DNA from: Macrostomum lignano
Taxonomy: Eukaryota
DNA: 64,000 nt
Assembly (NCBI GenBank): GCA_002269645.1
Contig: NIVC01003083.1
Location: forward strand, 1-64,000
Direction of reading: 5' to 3'
The position numbers and the translations under genes are program-made. Of this stretch, positions 1 to 11,916 are shown in pieces. The notes under the pieces are model-generated. The model was not told where the DNA came from and did not search any database. It was given only the letters and a program-made list of their open reading frames with translations. How positions within the stretch are numbered: the first letter of the stretch is position 1; each line of letters opens with the position of its first letter.

Positions 1-1373
1 AAAGGTAGAATCGTGTTTATGCGCATAGCGAATGACTTTGCGACTGTCAATACACATTACTGGACTGGTCACCAGAGGAAATGTGCTATAGCAAATTATC
101 TATGCAACAAACATACTGCGCGAGAACACACTGCCCTTCCATGGGGGCGCTGTATTTGGGAGTGCTGTCTTTGGGTGGCGCTTGATCTCGCCACACTGAT
201 TTTGGGCGAGATTCTTACCAGCCCTCTGAGATCCGCCCTCTCTCCCCGGACTTCACCCAGCAGCGCAAGCCGGTGGTGGGCAGCAGGAGGCCATCGGGCT
301 GCAGAGGCCCCAAACCGGAGCCCCACAGAAGCTGCTGCTCTTCGGTGGCAGAGGAATAGAATAGAATAGAATAGAATAGAATAGAATAGAATAGAATAGA
401 ATAGAATAGAATAGAATAGAATAGAATAGAATAGAATAGAAAGAATAGAATACAATAGAATAGAATATTCTTGGATACTGCACTGTCTAAGAAGAATTAT
501 TTATTCTTTTTTCTCTTTAGACTGTTATTTTTGGCTGCTAAGAAATTATTTTACCTCGCGTACTTCAGCCGCACTACTAAGTAGTGCAAAAAGGATATGA
601 AAGGTAGAATCGTGTTTTATGCGCATAGCGAATGACTTTGCGACTGTCAATACACATTACTGGACTGGTCACCAGAGGAAATGTGCTATAGCAAATTATC
701 TATGCAACAAACATACTGCGCGAGAACACACTGCCCTTCCATGGGGGCGCTGTATTTGGGAGTGCTGTCTTTGGGTGGCGCTTGATCTCGCCACACTGAT
801 TTTGGGCGAGATTCTTACCAGCCCTCTGAGATCCGCCCTCTCTCCCCGGACTCACCCAGCAGCGCAAGCCGGTGGTGGGCAGCAGGAGGCCATCGGGCTG
901 CAGAGGCCCCAAACCGGAGCCCCACAGAAGCTGCTGCTCTTCGGTGGCAGAGGAATAGAATAGAATAGAATAGAATAGAATAGAATAGAATAGAATAGAA
1001 TAGAATAGAATAGAATAGAATAGAATACAATAGAATAGAATATTCTTGGATACTGCACTGTCTAAGAAGAATTATTTATTCTTTTTTCTCTTTAGACTGT
1101 TATTTTTGGCTGCTAAGAAATTATTTTACCTCGCGTACTTCAGCCGCACTACTAAGTAGTGCAAAAAGGATATGAAAGGTAGAATCGTGTTTTATGCGCA
1201 TAGCGAATGACTTTGCGACTGTCAATACACATTACTGGACTGGTCACCAGAGGAAATGTGCTATAGCAAATTATCTATGCAACAAACATACTGCGCGAGA
1301 ACACACTGCCCTTCCATGGGGGCGCTGTATTTGGGAGTGCTGTCTTTGGGTGGCGCTTGATCTCGCCACACTG
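1..1373. repeat. Tandem duplication of a ~575-600 bp unit (2 full copies plus a truncated third) containing an (AATAG)n microsatellite
   Basis: 'aaaggtagaatcgtgttt' starts at 1, ~600 and ~1176 with near-identical downstream sequence. The AATAG arrays (~353-460, ~953-1040) differ in copy number. The third copy stops at ~1373. Confidence 0.95.
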
Positions 1374-1672
1374 ATCCATTGGCACTGGAGTTATCGCAGC
1401 TATTCTTAACAAAATAACTCAGGTTGAAAGAGATCTTGCAGAGTGGATCGCGAATAATATATATTTGCTACTTTTCCTCTGCAGTGCTTGAGGCTCTAGC
1501 TTAATCAGCTTTCCAGATATTCAATGGCGGAGATTCCGAAAAATTCTAATGTATTCAAATGGGGGAATTCGGGAAAATCAATCAGGAATTGCCAAGCTGT
1601 AGTAATAAACTCAGATTTGAGATTCTACAGATCATTAGAGCGTGCCAGTCGGTGTCTTCCGCAGAATGAAGG

Positions 1673-1914
1673 TTCTTGGGTCAGGATAGGAGATTCTTGG
1701 GTGAGGCTATTCTTGGGTCAGCATGGAAGATTCTTGGGTCAGGATAGGAGATTCTTGGGTGAGGCTATTCTTGGGTCAGCATGGAAGATTATTGGGTCAG
1801 GATAGGAGATTCTTGGGTGAGGCTATTCTTGGGTCAGCATGGAAGATTCTTGGGTCAGGATAGGAGATTCTTGGGTGAGGCTATTCTTGGGTCAGCATGG
1901 AAGATTCTTGGGTA
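1673..1914. repeat. 58-bp minisatellite (~4 copies) built from TTCTTGGGT subunits
   Basis: Unit ttcttgggtcaggataggagattcttgggtgaggctattcttgggtcagcatggaaga recurs at 1673, 1731, 1789 and 1847. Confidence 0.9.
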
Positions 1915-2844
1915 CTGACACTTCGATGACATGTTTTATCAGTTTGAAGAATACCTTGCACGGCTTTAGACTCAGTTTTCGAGCTGGTATCTAAGCACAG
2001 TCTCATTCAAGCTGTAGTTAAGCCAGTATTATCTTCACTTCAGCAGCGCATACAACTTATCCGATTTCAGTGGCGTCCTGGTTCATTTTGCCCCTACTGA
2101 GCGGTGGAATCTCCATTGCCCTGTTCTACTTTATCCAGGTCTTCATCCTTATACTAAGGTGATTATGTAAAGCTTTAAAAATGTTTACTTTTAATTTGTG
2201 ATTGTGTGCACAAGCGCGCACTAGCAGAGGCGCACACTGGCAGAGGCGCGCACCGGCACAAGAGCGCAGCAGCACAAGAGCGCACTGGCAGAGGCGCGCA
2301 CTTTTGACACGCTGTAGCATAAGCGCGCTGTCTGTCTGTCTGTCTGTCAGACGGCATGTCTGAGAGAAACCCTACAAACTGAAACACACAGGGAAGGCAG
2401 AAACAAGTATTTGCAGAATGCGAGTAAAAACAGACGCCAGCCTATAAATTGGTCCATAAAATATTTCTTTATATTGTTTGTCACAGATAAGACGCCCAAG
2501 CTAATTACAAAAAAACAGCCGCAAAAAAGATTAAGCTGAAAATTGTCTGCCCAACCAAATTTAAAAACTGTTAAAAGACCAACAATTAAAGTAATAAAGT
2601 TGAAGAGAAAAAATACAATAGTAGGCACTATCTACTGCTATAGGTAAAATTAAACGAGGCACTGATAAGAAAACGATAAAAAATATTTTACGAGCGTACT
2701 ACCAAAGCGAGAGAAAAGTGAGGGATGGAAAAATAACAGATAAAATTGAAAAAGTCCATAAACAGACCGACACCGCAGATAATAGTTAAACAGCTACAAC
2801 TAGCTACTTAAGGACAGTAGTGCAAGCGCATGCTAGTGCAGTTT

Positions 2845-4337
2845 TTAAATAATCGACGAATTCAGCCGGAAATTCGGCTCCGAGTTCAGCTGCTGGTGAC
2901 CAGACAGTGTGGCGTCGAATTCGCCCTCGTAATCTTCGTCATCGTTATCCACTTTGACATCAAGATCGAGGTCGTCCTCGGATTTCGGATCGGCGGAGGC
3001 CTGCAGGTTAGGGGTGGCGACCGAGTTTTTGAAAGGCCATTTGAGGACAGGGAGATGATGATAAATGAGGTCATTCAAGGATGAGGAAATATATGCCATG
3101 AAAGGTCGATATTTAGGGACACGGACAGGGGTCATGTAGGACAAGACAAGGGGTTATTTAGGGACATGAGTATTGGTCATTTAAGGTCACAAACATCATG
3201 ACGGTATCACATGTTTAGTTGCACGCATATAAAGTGGTGAGTCATACATTAACATGGGTTGATAAAATTTCCCAGCTCACCGATCGATTATAGCCTAGCC
3301 GGGAGTCGGTCTCGCCGTCTCGACTATCGTCGTTGCCCCCAGCCAGCGATGCGGCTAAACAAGCGGCCACATCGAAGGCGGTTGTAGCGGCAGCAGCGTT
3401 AGCAGCAGTCCTACTACCCATAGTATTGCTGCCTAACACAGCAGCGCCGGTAGTATTCGCCAGTGGCAAATAAATTTTTCTAGCCACCACCGTCTGCTTC
3501 TGCTGCTGCTGCTGGCTGTCAGAGCCGGTCGCTCCCGATGCCGGGTATCGCCGACGGCCGGAACGGGCGCGCAGCTGCGGCTCCCCTGCACTCAGGCGTC
3601 TCTGCGCGAGAGATAAGAATAGGAAAGGGGTCAAATGAGGACAATAATTCTAAGCAGAGGTCATTTCAGGACAAAAATCAACCCTGGGGTCAGTTGAGGA
3701 CAAAAGTCTACCCAGGGGTCATTTGAGGACAGAATCTATCTGGAGGTCATTTGAGGACAAACTAATATACGTAAAGATCATTTGAGGGCAAACATCTACC
3801 GTGGGGTCATTGAAGACAGAGGTTATTTGGGGCAAAAAAATGCGCAGGGGTCAACTGTCCTTACCTGGCCAACAGTTGTGACGGCGGCGGCGGAGGCGGC
3901 GCACCACCCCGTCGGAACAAGGCGGCAGCGTCAGCGCCTTTGACAGTCGCCGATTGGCCCGCCTGGGTCGGCCGCCGAGATCGCCAAGACTGGGCGACAT
4001 GGACGACGCCTGCTCCGTCGAAGACTGCTGCGGCAGAGTTGTTGTTAAAGAGTCGGTGGCCATCGACGCGGCAGCGGCGACGGCGGCTGCGGCCGTGGCG
4101 TCGAGTAGAGGCTGGTCCAAGACAACGGCTGCCGACAGCTGCTGGCGAGAGCAGACGGCTCGACTCGAAGGCTCTGCTGGCAGGCGCGGCAACAGCGGCG
4201 CCGAATGATGAAGCGCAGTTTAGCCGAACGATCGCGCTCCGCAAGGACCTGCAATTGCAGCTGCATGCGAAGATTGGTCAGGTCCATCTGGAGGTCGTCC
4301 ACACGATGCAGGCGTTTCTCGTAGTGCTGCCGAATCT
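2845..4337 (-). CDS. 3' exons of an unidentified low-complexity / coiled-coil protein gene (exons ~4337-3865, 3601-3281, 3000-2845); first exon may be frameshifted
   Basis: GC-rich segments are bounded by cag| acceptors and gtaag/gtgag donors. The last two exons join in phase 0. The 4337-3865 exon cannot be read in one frame compatible with the next exon. No domain recognised. Confidence 0.4.
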
Positions 4338-4691
4338 CTGGGGGCGAAAGAAATGACAAGAGACTGTTAGGCGGCAAACAAGGACACAGGACTTCTAGAG
4401 GTTAAAGGACACAAAAGGTCTCTTAGAGGTCGAATGAGAACACAGAACTATAAGGGTAAAATGAGGACACAGGACTGTTAGGGGTCAAATGAGGACACGG
4501 GACTGTTGAGGGTCAATTGAGGACACGGAGCTGTTATGGGTCAAACTAGGACACGCGGGGACTGTTGTTGTGATAAGTTTTTGCATCATGTAGCAAACAG
4601 ACCATGGCACATTTGCACTAATGCACCATATCTAGACCAGCAGTATCTGAAATAGAAGCAAAAGCCATTTATAAGATAATATACATGTAGG

Positions 4692-4983
4692 TCAGTGAAG
4701 CAAATATCTAAAATTGTTAACAGAAGTATAAAAGAAAAATGAACAAGAAAAAATGGTGCTCAGTTAGCCGATTCTAAAAGTGAATCGTGGATCCCCTGAG
4801 CCACGAAGAGGCCGAACACCGTTCAGGGGGTTAATCCATAGTTCACTTTGCAGAGCAAAACAAATTCCACAGCACAGTAAACAGTGCACAGCGGTCTTTT
4901 GCAGCATTGAACTAAGGATCAATCCCGCCACTAAGAGCGGGAAGCCACAGCAAGAAATGCAAAGCGGCCAGCTTTTTGAAAGC
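4692..4983. repeat. ~291-bp direct repeat, copy 1 (copy 2 at 8672-8962)
   Basis: Near-identical from 'tcagtgaagcaaatatc' to 'ctttttgaaagc'. One G indel (ggggg vs gggg). Confidence 0.95.
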
Positions 4984-5051
4984 CGATAAAATCTTATAGC
5001 GAACTCCCCATGCAACGGGGGCTGATGGTTTCAGAGAATAAACTTAGCCTT

Positions 5052-7090
5052 TCAGTCTTTAAGCCACGGATGCAGTCGAAGCACATCCGAGCGCCTTTCT
5101 CCATAATCGTAGAGTAGCTCCTCGCCTCGAGCAATGTCTCGAATGGCTTGGAAGACCAGATGCGGTTTATTGTTTACATCAGCAACAATCGGCTTCAAGT
5201 TATTTCTTCGCCGGCTATGGTTAATGTACCGACCGACGTACTGGAAAGTGTTGGTTGCGTCGATGCAATAAGCTTGATCTCGCCAGGAAAAGAAAAACAA
5301 GAAGCAGCATGGCTTCCCTTGCTTTACAATATCTTCCTCCCGGGCGAGGCGTGCTTTTTGTCCTTGGATTAATTCTCCACCGTAAGTACAGACGACAGTG
5401 CCTTTTGGGAGGTCCGTACGGGCAAATGCCCCCAGACCCTCTGCGTCGACGCTACCGGCCTGAACCACGACGTTGCCGGTAGAAATCATTGTCTGTCGAA
5501 CCACATCGGCCATAGTGAGTTGCCTCATAGACGCCATTTCGGTCGGCAGGGATCGCTCTGGACTCCCACGGCTAGCTCGGCCGTGAGGCGTCACGTGAAG
5601 GAGCGGCGTGCATGCTCCGTCCGGAGTTGTGATAGTGTCCGGGACTAGACGCTCGCGATTAGCTGCCATTGCAGGAGGGGCAACCGCAGCAGCGTGGCTA
5701 TTTGAGTCCTCAGGCGAAGTCACAGTCGGCTCGAAAGGCGGATCATTGGACAGGCCATCTTTATTGGCTTCTCCTCTTTGGAGCCGAACGCTAAGGGGAA
5801 CCTGACAGTGAAGAAAATGAAGAGGACAAATGATTCATAGTGGTAACGGCATACAAATGCAGATTAACCCCAACGCTTTAATCTTTGCATTGAATAAACA
5901 TGCAACAAAATTGTTCCTAAGAACACTGTTTCACACAATAAACTGTGGACTTCATTTAGTTTGACCAACTTACTTCATTGGAGGTCGCCGGTACAGCGTC
6001 GGTAGATAAGGCGACGTCTATAGTTGCAGCAGCGGCAGACTCCGGGACCAGAAGCTCGCGATTAGCTGCCATTGCAGGAGGGGCAACCGCAGCAGCGTGG
6101 CTATTTGAGTCCTCAGGCGAAGTCACAGTCGGCTCGAAAGGCGGATCATTGGACAGGCCATCTTTATTGGCTTCTCCTCTTTGGAGCCGAACGCTAAGGG
6201 GAACCTGACAGTGAAGAAAAAAGTACATCATAATGGTTACAACATGCAATTAAAGATGAACGTAACCCTTTGTTATTTTCATTAAACATACATGCAACCC
6301 AGCTGATGGTAAGATAATTGCTCTACACCATAAACCATGGGCCAGCATAAAAGACCCCACCCCTTGTTGTTAATCCCTAATATTTCCTTTTGAGCAAAGT
6401 ATCTAAAAGCTTTTATTTATTCATTTTTCACTTTCATCTTCTCAAATTTACCAAACATTCAACTTTTTAAGAAAAGTTGCGACCTGACCTGACCCGCGAC
6501 CTGATGCTTTCAAGGTTACAGGCCGCAGCGTTTTAACAACAAAAAACCATGGACACAAATTTTAGTTTAACACACCTCATTGGAGGTCGCCATTTCAGCG
6601 TCGGTAGCTAAGTCCGCGTCCATTGTTATAGCGGCGGCAGATTCCGGCAGGCTTTCAAGCGGCAAGGCTGGATTAAGATTTAGTTGAGGCCGGATGCCGT
6701 AAAAGGCCAACAACCGCAGGCCCTCAATTCTGTCATATGCCCTTGCCCTCGCATCAGCTACGGCTGCACGGCCGACAACAAATGCTTCGCCGAAATGGCA
6801 CAGCCGCATGTGTTGTCTCATATTAGAGGCGGCAAATGAGCTGCACAGCTGGCAAAGCTTTAAATCTCTTTTGCCATGCCAACGTTTGTAGAGAATGTAG
6901 GCTTCGACTCGATCGTAGTTTGCTGTATGCTTGCTTCGAGCGTGTCGAAGGAGGGTGGCGGACCGATTGGTGGAATAGTCACACATCGGGCAAATAAACT
7001 GGTCAGGGTCCATATTGAATTGATTCAAGTTTTCAACGTAAACGTTTAGAGTAAAATTTAGTTCTCGATAAAACGTGTCGCGCAAACTTT
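5052..7090 (-). CDS. Spliced C2H2 zinc-finger + SET-domain protein, KMT5A/SETD8/PR-Set7-like (exons 7090-6576, 6204-5974, 5801-5052; ~470 aa from Met 7013, an upstream exon is possible)
   Basis: Both introns are phase 0 with canonical sites (GAG|gtgtgt, tcag|GTT, GAA|gtaagt). N-terminal fingers: CPMC-x12-H-x4-H and CQLC..QHMRLCH. The C-terminal SET domain has GLGAFA, TYGGELI, YCIDAT, GRYINHS and GEELLYDYGERR..HPWLK, matching the SETD8 C-terminus (ELLYDYG.R......HPWLK). Confidence 0.88.
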
Positions 7091-7375
7091 CTGAAAATGA
7101 GGAAAAATCAAAATGAAACCTTTAACTACGGTGAAAGATGAATGAACTAGGCATCTTGGTAATAGGTACTTTACAATGCACTCTTAAAGACTGTCAGACT
7201 GAAAGCAAAGAAGGCATGTTCCGCTCGCTCGTAGTCTCAGGACAATAATAAAAGGCAGCTGAACAGATCAAATCAAATGTTTATTTGAAAGGTTGGGCGA
7301 TACAACGGACTTGATAACGCATTACAGTCCCGAATTTCTGCATAGTAGCATTAGGTTGCCAGTCACACTGAAGTT

Positions 7376-7993
7376 TTAAAGCAAATCGAGTAGTGAAACG
7401 GAATTCGAAATTGTAGGATTTGCATTTTGTTGCAACGAAACGCTGGGAGAAGCTGGATTAAAAAAGCCATTGAAATCATTGTCTAACGTAGTTACACTAC
7501 AACTGTGGCAGGGGCATGTACAATGGCTATCAGGGCAATTGAAAATGTTTGAACGTAAAACACTTGGACCGGAGAGCTGTGAATCGGCACACTTTTCGGA
7601 GGGGTTCCTGGCGGCTAGTGATTGCAGCTTAGAAATTAAAACTTCAGCGTTTTCTTTAGCCTCGTCTAAGTTATAGGTAGATTGCGAATTTCCATTTGTC
7701 TTAGATTGCTTTCCATGTTTTACCCTAACATGGCTTGGTAAATTCGAAGTGATAACACTGCAAACAGGACACTGATAGAGGTAACCCGATTCGGTTCGCT
7801 TCTTTGCCTTTAAAAGTCCAAAAAGGCGGATTGTGGCATCAATTTGCTCTTCAGTGGCATCAGGGTGCTTTCGATTGCAATGTACCTTGAAACCAGATGC
7901 GCGTCCTGTCCAAGCATTGCAGATCAAACAGGAAATCTGCGTATGAACCTGCACCATGTGAGACATTGTCCCGCGGGTGACATTCAAGAGCAT
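7376..7993 (-). CDS. Double C2H2-type zinc-finger protein (205 aa), same finger-pair layout as the N-terminus of the SET gene
   Basis: CLICNAWTGRASGFKVHCNRKH and CPVCSVITSNLPSHVRVKH, followed by a Ser-rich tail with CPDSHCTCPCHSC. Confidence 0.7.
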   Translation of the reverse strand: MLLNVTRGTMSHMVQVHTQISCLICNAWTGRASGFKVHCNRKHPDATEEQIDATIRLFGLLKAKKRTESGYLYQCPVCSVITSNLPSHVRVKHGKQSKTNGNSQSTYNLDEAKENAEVLISKLQSLAARNPSEKCADSQLSGPSVLRSNIFNCPDSHCTCPCHSCSVTTLDNDFNGFFNPASPSVSLQQNANPTISNSVSLLDLL

Positions 7994-8671
7994 CGGGAAA
8001 ACGTTGTGGGCTTATTATTATACTGCTTCCAGGGAGGTTAGGCAAATTAAGTCTTAATTTTTGTATTCTAAGACAATGACGGAGAGGAAATGCTTTAGAG
8101 TATAAAAAATTCTGAATCTCACATCTGAATCTCCTATCCTCTGATCGGAACCAGGTCTATCTTCCAACATGAACATCCTTTCCTCTCAACTGAAACCCTC
8201 GAGTCCGAGTCAATAAGGCTACAGGCCAAGCAGGGTGCCATTAGTTAGTGTGGGCAGTTACATTTTCAATCTCCCCAGCCAAGCCTAAAGTGCTGCTATA
8301 AATGGGATAATGAGTGCATGGCGGGATGGGTCACTGCTATTGCTTATGGTTAACACGTAACAAAAGTAAAAGACAAAAATGTGTATATCACGATTACTAG
8401 TTCCACTTTTATTATACTTTCGCGCTATCTTTGAAGCAGTATGCAAATATACTATTGGCATAGCGGGCGTCTAAACGCAGGCTAACATAAGAGAACTGAC
8501 AAATTGCAGTGAGTGTCAAAGTGTAGTACAACGAAAAGGGACAAAAGTAAGACGCATATGCGCCTCTCGCTGCAACGACAGGCGACTGCATATAAATGCA
8601 TGAAATATTAAGTAATACAAACGAGAGAATAAAACACATTCAAGAAAGTTGCTCGTAGTTATAAATTTCAA

Positions 8672-8962
8672 TCAGTGAAGCAAATATCTAAAATTGTTAA
8701 CAGAAGTATAAAAGAAAAATGAACAAGAAAAAATGGTGCTCAGTTAGCCGATTCTAAAAGTGAATCGTGGATCCCCTGAGCCACGAAGAGGCCGAACACC
8801 GTTCAGGGGTTAATCCATAGTTCACTTTGCAGAGCAAAACAAATTCCACAGCACAGTAAACAGTGCACAGCGGTCTTTTGCAGCATTGAACTAAGGATCA
8901 ATCCCGCCACTAAGAGCGGGAAGCCACAGCAAGAAATGCAAAGCGGCCAGCTTTTTGAAAGC
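8672..8962. repeat. ~291-bp direct repeat, copy 2
   Basis: Matches 4692-4983. On the minus strand this copy begins just after a tttcag acceptor-like site. Confidence 0.95.
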
Positions 8963-9125
8963 TGAAATACTGCTTACTTTGGTAGGCTGTAAACTTTACA
9001 GTAAATTTCTAAGAGAAATCGGTATACGTTTATAAACTGGTTTAGAATTTCATGTAAACAAGCTAGTTTACATCCGAAATATGATTATCCTATGGATAAC
9101 AGTTTCAAGTAATCGAGTTTCGGAA

Positions 9126-11916
9126 TTAAATACTATCAATCCATTCTTCATCTGACTCAGACTGCTCACGACTTGATTCAACGTCTGAATGACTCGGGGC
9201 TTCAACGTCATCTGGCTGATTTACGTTGGTACCAGCGTCGTTTGGATGCTGCGCATCAGCAGCAGCAGCTTCAATGCTTGCGTCAATGTGATCAAAGCGA
9301 AGAGCTTGAAGTTGCTTTAAAATAGTCTGAAAGAGGCATCGAAACTGGGCTGGCAATCCAGGTTGATGATGGAGTGTTTCACAGTGCTGTTCAAGTTTAA
9401 TTTGAACGTCACGCCACTCTTGCACAATAATGATCTTTTCCTCCGCTAGACGATTCAGCTTGTGATACAAGTCAACCACCCGTCGCTTGAACCTCTCAGA
9501 CACATCGATCGAAAGACCGAAGTAGAAGTCTGACTGGAAGTCGCGAAGCTGAATCATAGTGGGCACGCGAAGGCCTGGCGGAAGCGAGCGGGCGGCCATT
9601 CGAATGTCTGCATTTAAAGCCGCAACCTTGCGTAGACATGCTCGATTTTCTTTTTGTCCATCTGAGCAGCCACTCTGACGGATCCAATAGAATCGTTCCA
9701 AAGCAAGTGCCTTAAGCTTTGCGTAAGGTTCCCTGCTCAATGGAGAGTCGCTATTGGGATTTATGGCTTCTGCATGCCATTGTTGAGCAAGATTTAAAAT
9801 GGCTACCTCAGAGATTCCGGCAGGAATAGTTAATTTGTTGTTCCGCATCAAATCGCCAGCTTGTAGAAGCAATTGCTCCATTTCAGCTGAACAAGACGCG
9901 GCTGTGCGAGTTATTAGTTTTAATCGAGCAGAAAACCAATTGGAGGCGTACAACAACTGATTAGCATTGAAGCAATGCAAAATGTAAGACATACAAGCAC
10001 TTCTGCGATCGGACCGCATGTACTTTAAGCTTTTACCAAACGGTCGTAGTGCAGACCAAGCGCGCTCCGTATTCTCCCCGTCGCAAAGACCCGCTCCAGG
10101 AGTTACCCGCACGGAGTACTTTAGTTGGCATTGTCTCTCGTGGCCCAGCACATGAAAGGCGTTCACAGCGCACGTGACACTGTTAAGCTGTACACCAGAT
10201 GCTGACACCATGGACTTGACACGATTGGAAATGCGACAACCTGATTTTAGGAAAAAGTTTTTAAATGAATAAATAATTGAGCTTCGTGTCGCAGTACGCA
10301 TGCACGTACATAAGTAAGCACAAGCATAAGTAAGCACACACTATAAGTGTATAGTGTAAATAAGTGCAGCATGATAGAAACACGATAAAAATCAACTCAC
10401 CAACATCATAGATAAAAATGAGATCCTTTGAGACGGGCTGTGTCATTAGGTAATGACGAAGAGTCTGTTCTGGATAGCACAGGCCCTCACCAGCTGTAAT
10501 AATGTTGCAACCTGTCAGAAGCCTGTTATGCCGGCAAAATAAGCCAAAGAAACCGTTGACATCGTGCTTGCTGGCCCTGATCACGGGTTTTTCTGTTCCA
10601 GCCTTCCAGTTAGTGCAGCCTTCTGCAGACACTTGTGTCGTAGGAGGCGGTACAGTTGCTGGTTCTACATGAATAAGCGGTGACGGCAATGAGCGTTCAG
10701 AATCTGGCACTAGACGTTGCTTCGAACCCATACTTTGTAGTCTTCGCCATCCAAATAGAGCATCAGCACAAACTACAGACTTCCGACTTGAATTTTGGTC
10801 AGGACACAAAAGACAACTAGCAGGCCAGCTTGCTGAACACCTCTGCAACTCTCGAAACCGCAGTAGGACTCCATTACGCTGCAATCTCTGATACACTCGA
10901 TCGGCTAAACCAGGGTTCCAGCGACCTTGTCCTACGACGGAGCCTTTGAAAAGACAGGTAATTGCACGAGACAGTGGCAGTTGACCGTCAAAGCACAAGG
11001 AGTCAAGAGTTGATAGAAAGCTAATTGAAAAAAATGTTAACAATTCGCCAACGCGTGACTCGCTTCCAGGAAAGTATCCTTTTGCTAGCATGGCATCAAC
11101 TTTATCACAGGATTGGCACGTATAAATTCTGGCGCAAACAATTCCGTTGATGTCAATAATCTGAATTTCGGATGATGTTGTATACTCAGAAGACAAGCTT
11201 GATTCGCTACAGCAGAATAGAGAGACAGGCTCTTCTTCTTGAATGTCTTCAAACATTAGCGATTGAGCCTAGGAAAAAGGGTTAAATTTTGTATGCGGTG
11301 TTATAAAAATATTATTCCGTACTAAGGCTATTAGCATTCTAAATACTTTTGTTTCACGTCAAATTTAATACAGCGTTATACTGCCAAATAGGCGTCATTG
11401 TTTTCTTCACAGTAAACTAATATCCTTAGAAATTGCAATTTAGATTTTAAAACAACTTACATTCCACTGGAGGAACTTGTGAGCAGCAAAATTTCCATGC
11501 GTTATCTTTTTACAATCACTGCAGACATCGTACTGACAATGAACGCATCGGAAAACTCCAGGCTGCATGTCGCAACGAACACAGCATTTTAACTCGAATG
11601 ACTGTTTATAACCGGCAGTGTAACTTTCCACAATGGCCGTGTAGTCTTCCCATTCCGTGAATTTAGGCGGCTGTTCAAACTTATTACTAATCTGTTCAGG
11701 CATAGAGTCATGGTTTCCTGCACCCAGATCTTGTGAAAGACTGCCGCCAGTGACTGTGGAACACGAGGAAGCCGTGGCAATCGATGTAGTACTTTCCAAT
11801 GCATTAGGCGCATTAGACGTTCGCAATATCCTTGGCCTTCCGCGTTGGCCAGTCATCAGTACTACTTCAGATTGTCTTTTTCTCGATTTCGCATTTAGTT
11901 TTCTTGACGAAATCAT
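9126..11916 (-). CDS. KDZ (Kyakuja-Dileera-Zisupton) family transposase with N-terminal Cys clusters; 3 exons 11916-11461, 11268-10401, 10240-9126 (~810 aa)
   Basis: Splicing (AAT|gtaagt..ctag|GCT phase 0; GTTG|gtgagt..tcag|GT phase 1) gives one open frame. It contains C..C...C..C....C..C...H...H.F..W, GYFPGS (CxC-type), CADALF, GLFCRH, GEGLCYP, a splice-reconstituted YDVGC, AFHVLGHERQCQLKYS and GAGLCDGENTERAWS, which are hallmark KDZ motifs. Confidence 0.9.

Noticed and set aside
13-1409. Repeated ORFs MRIANDFATV... and a kelch-like LLLFGGRG peptide
   Set aside because: The frame differs between tandem copies (1-bp indel), runs into a microsatellite and shows no other kelch features.
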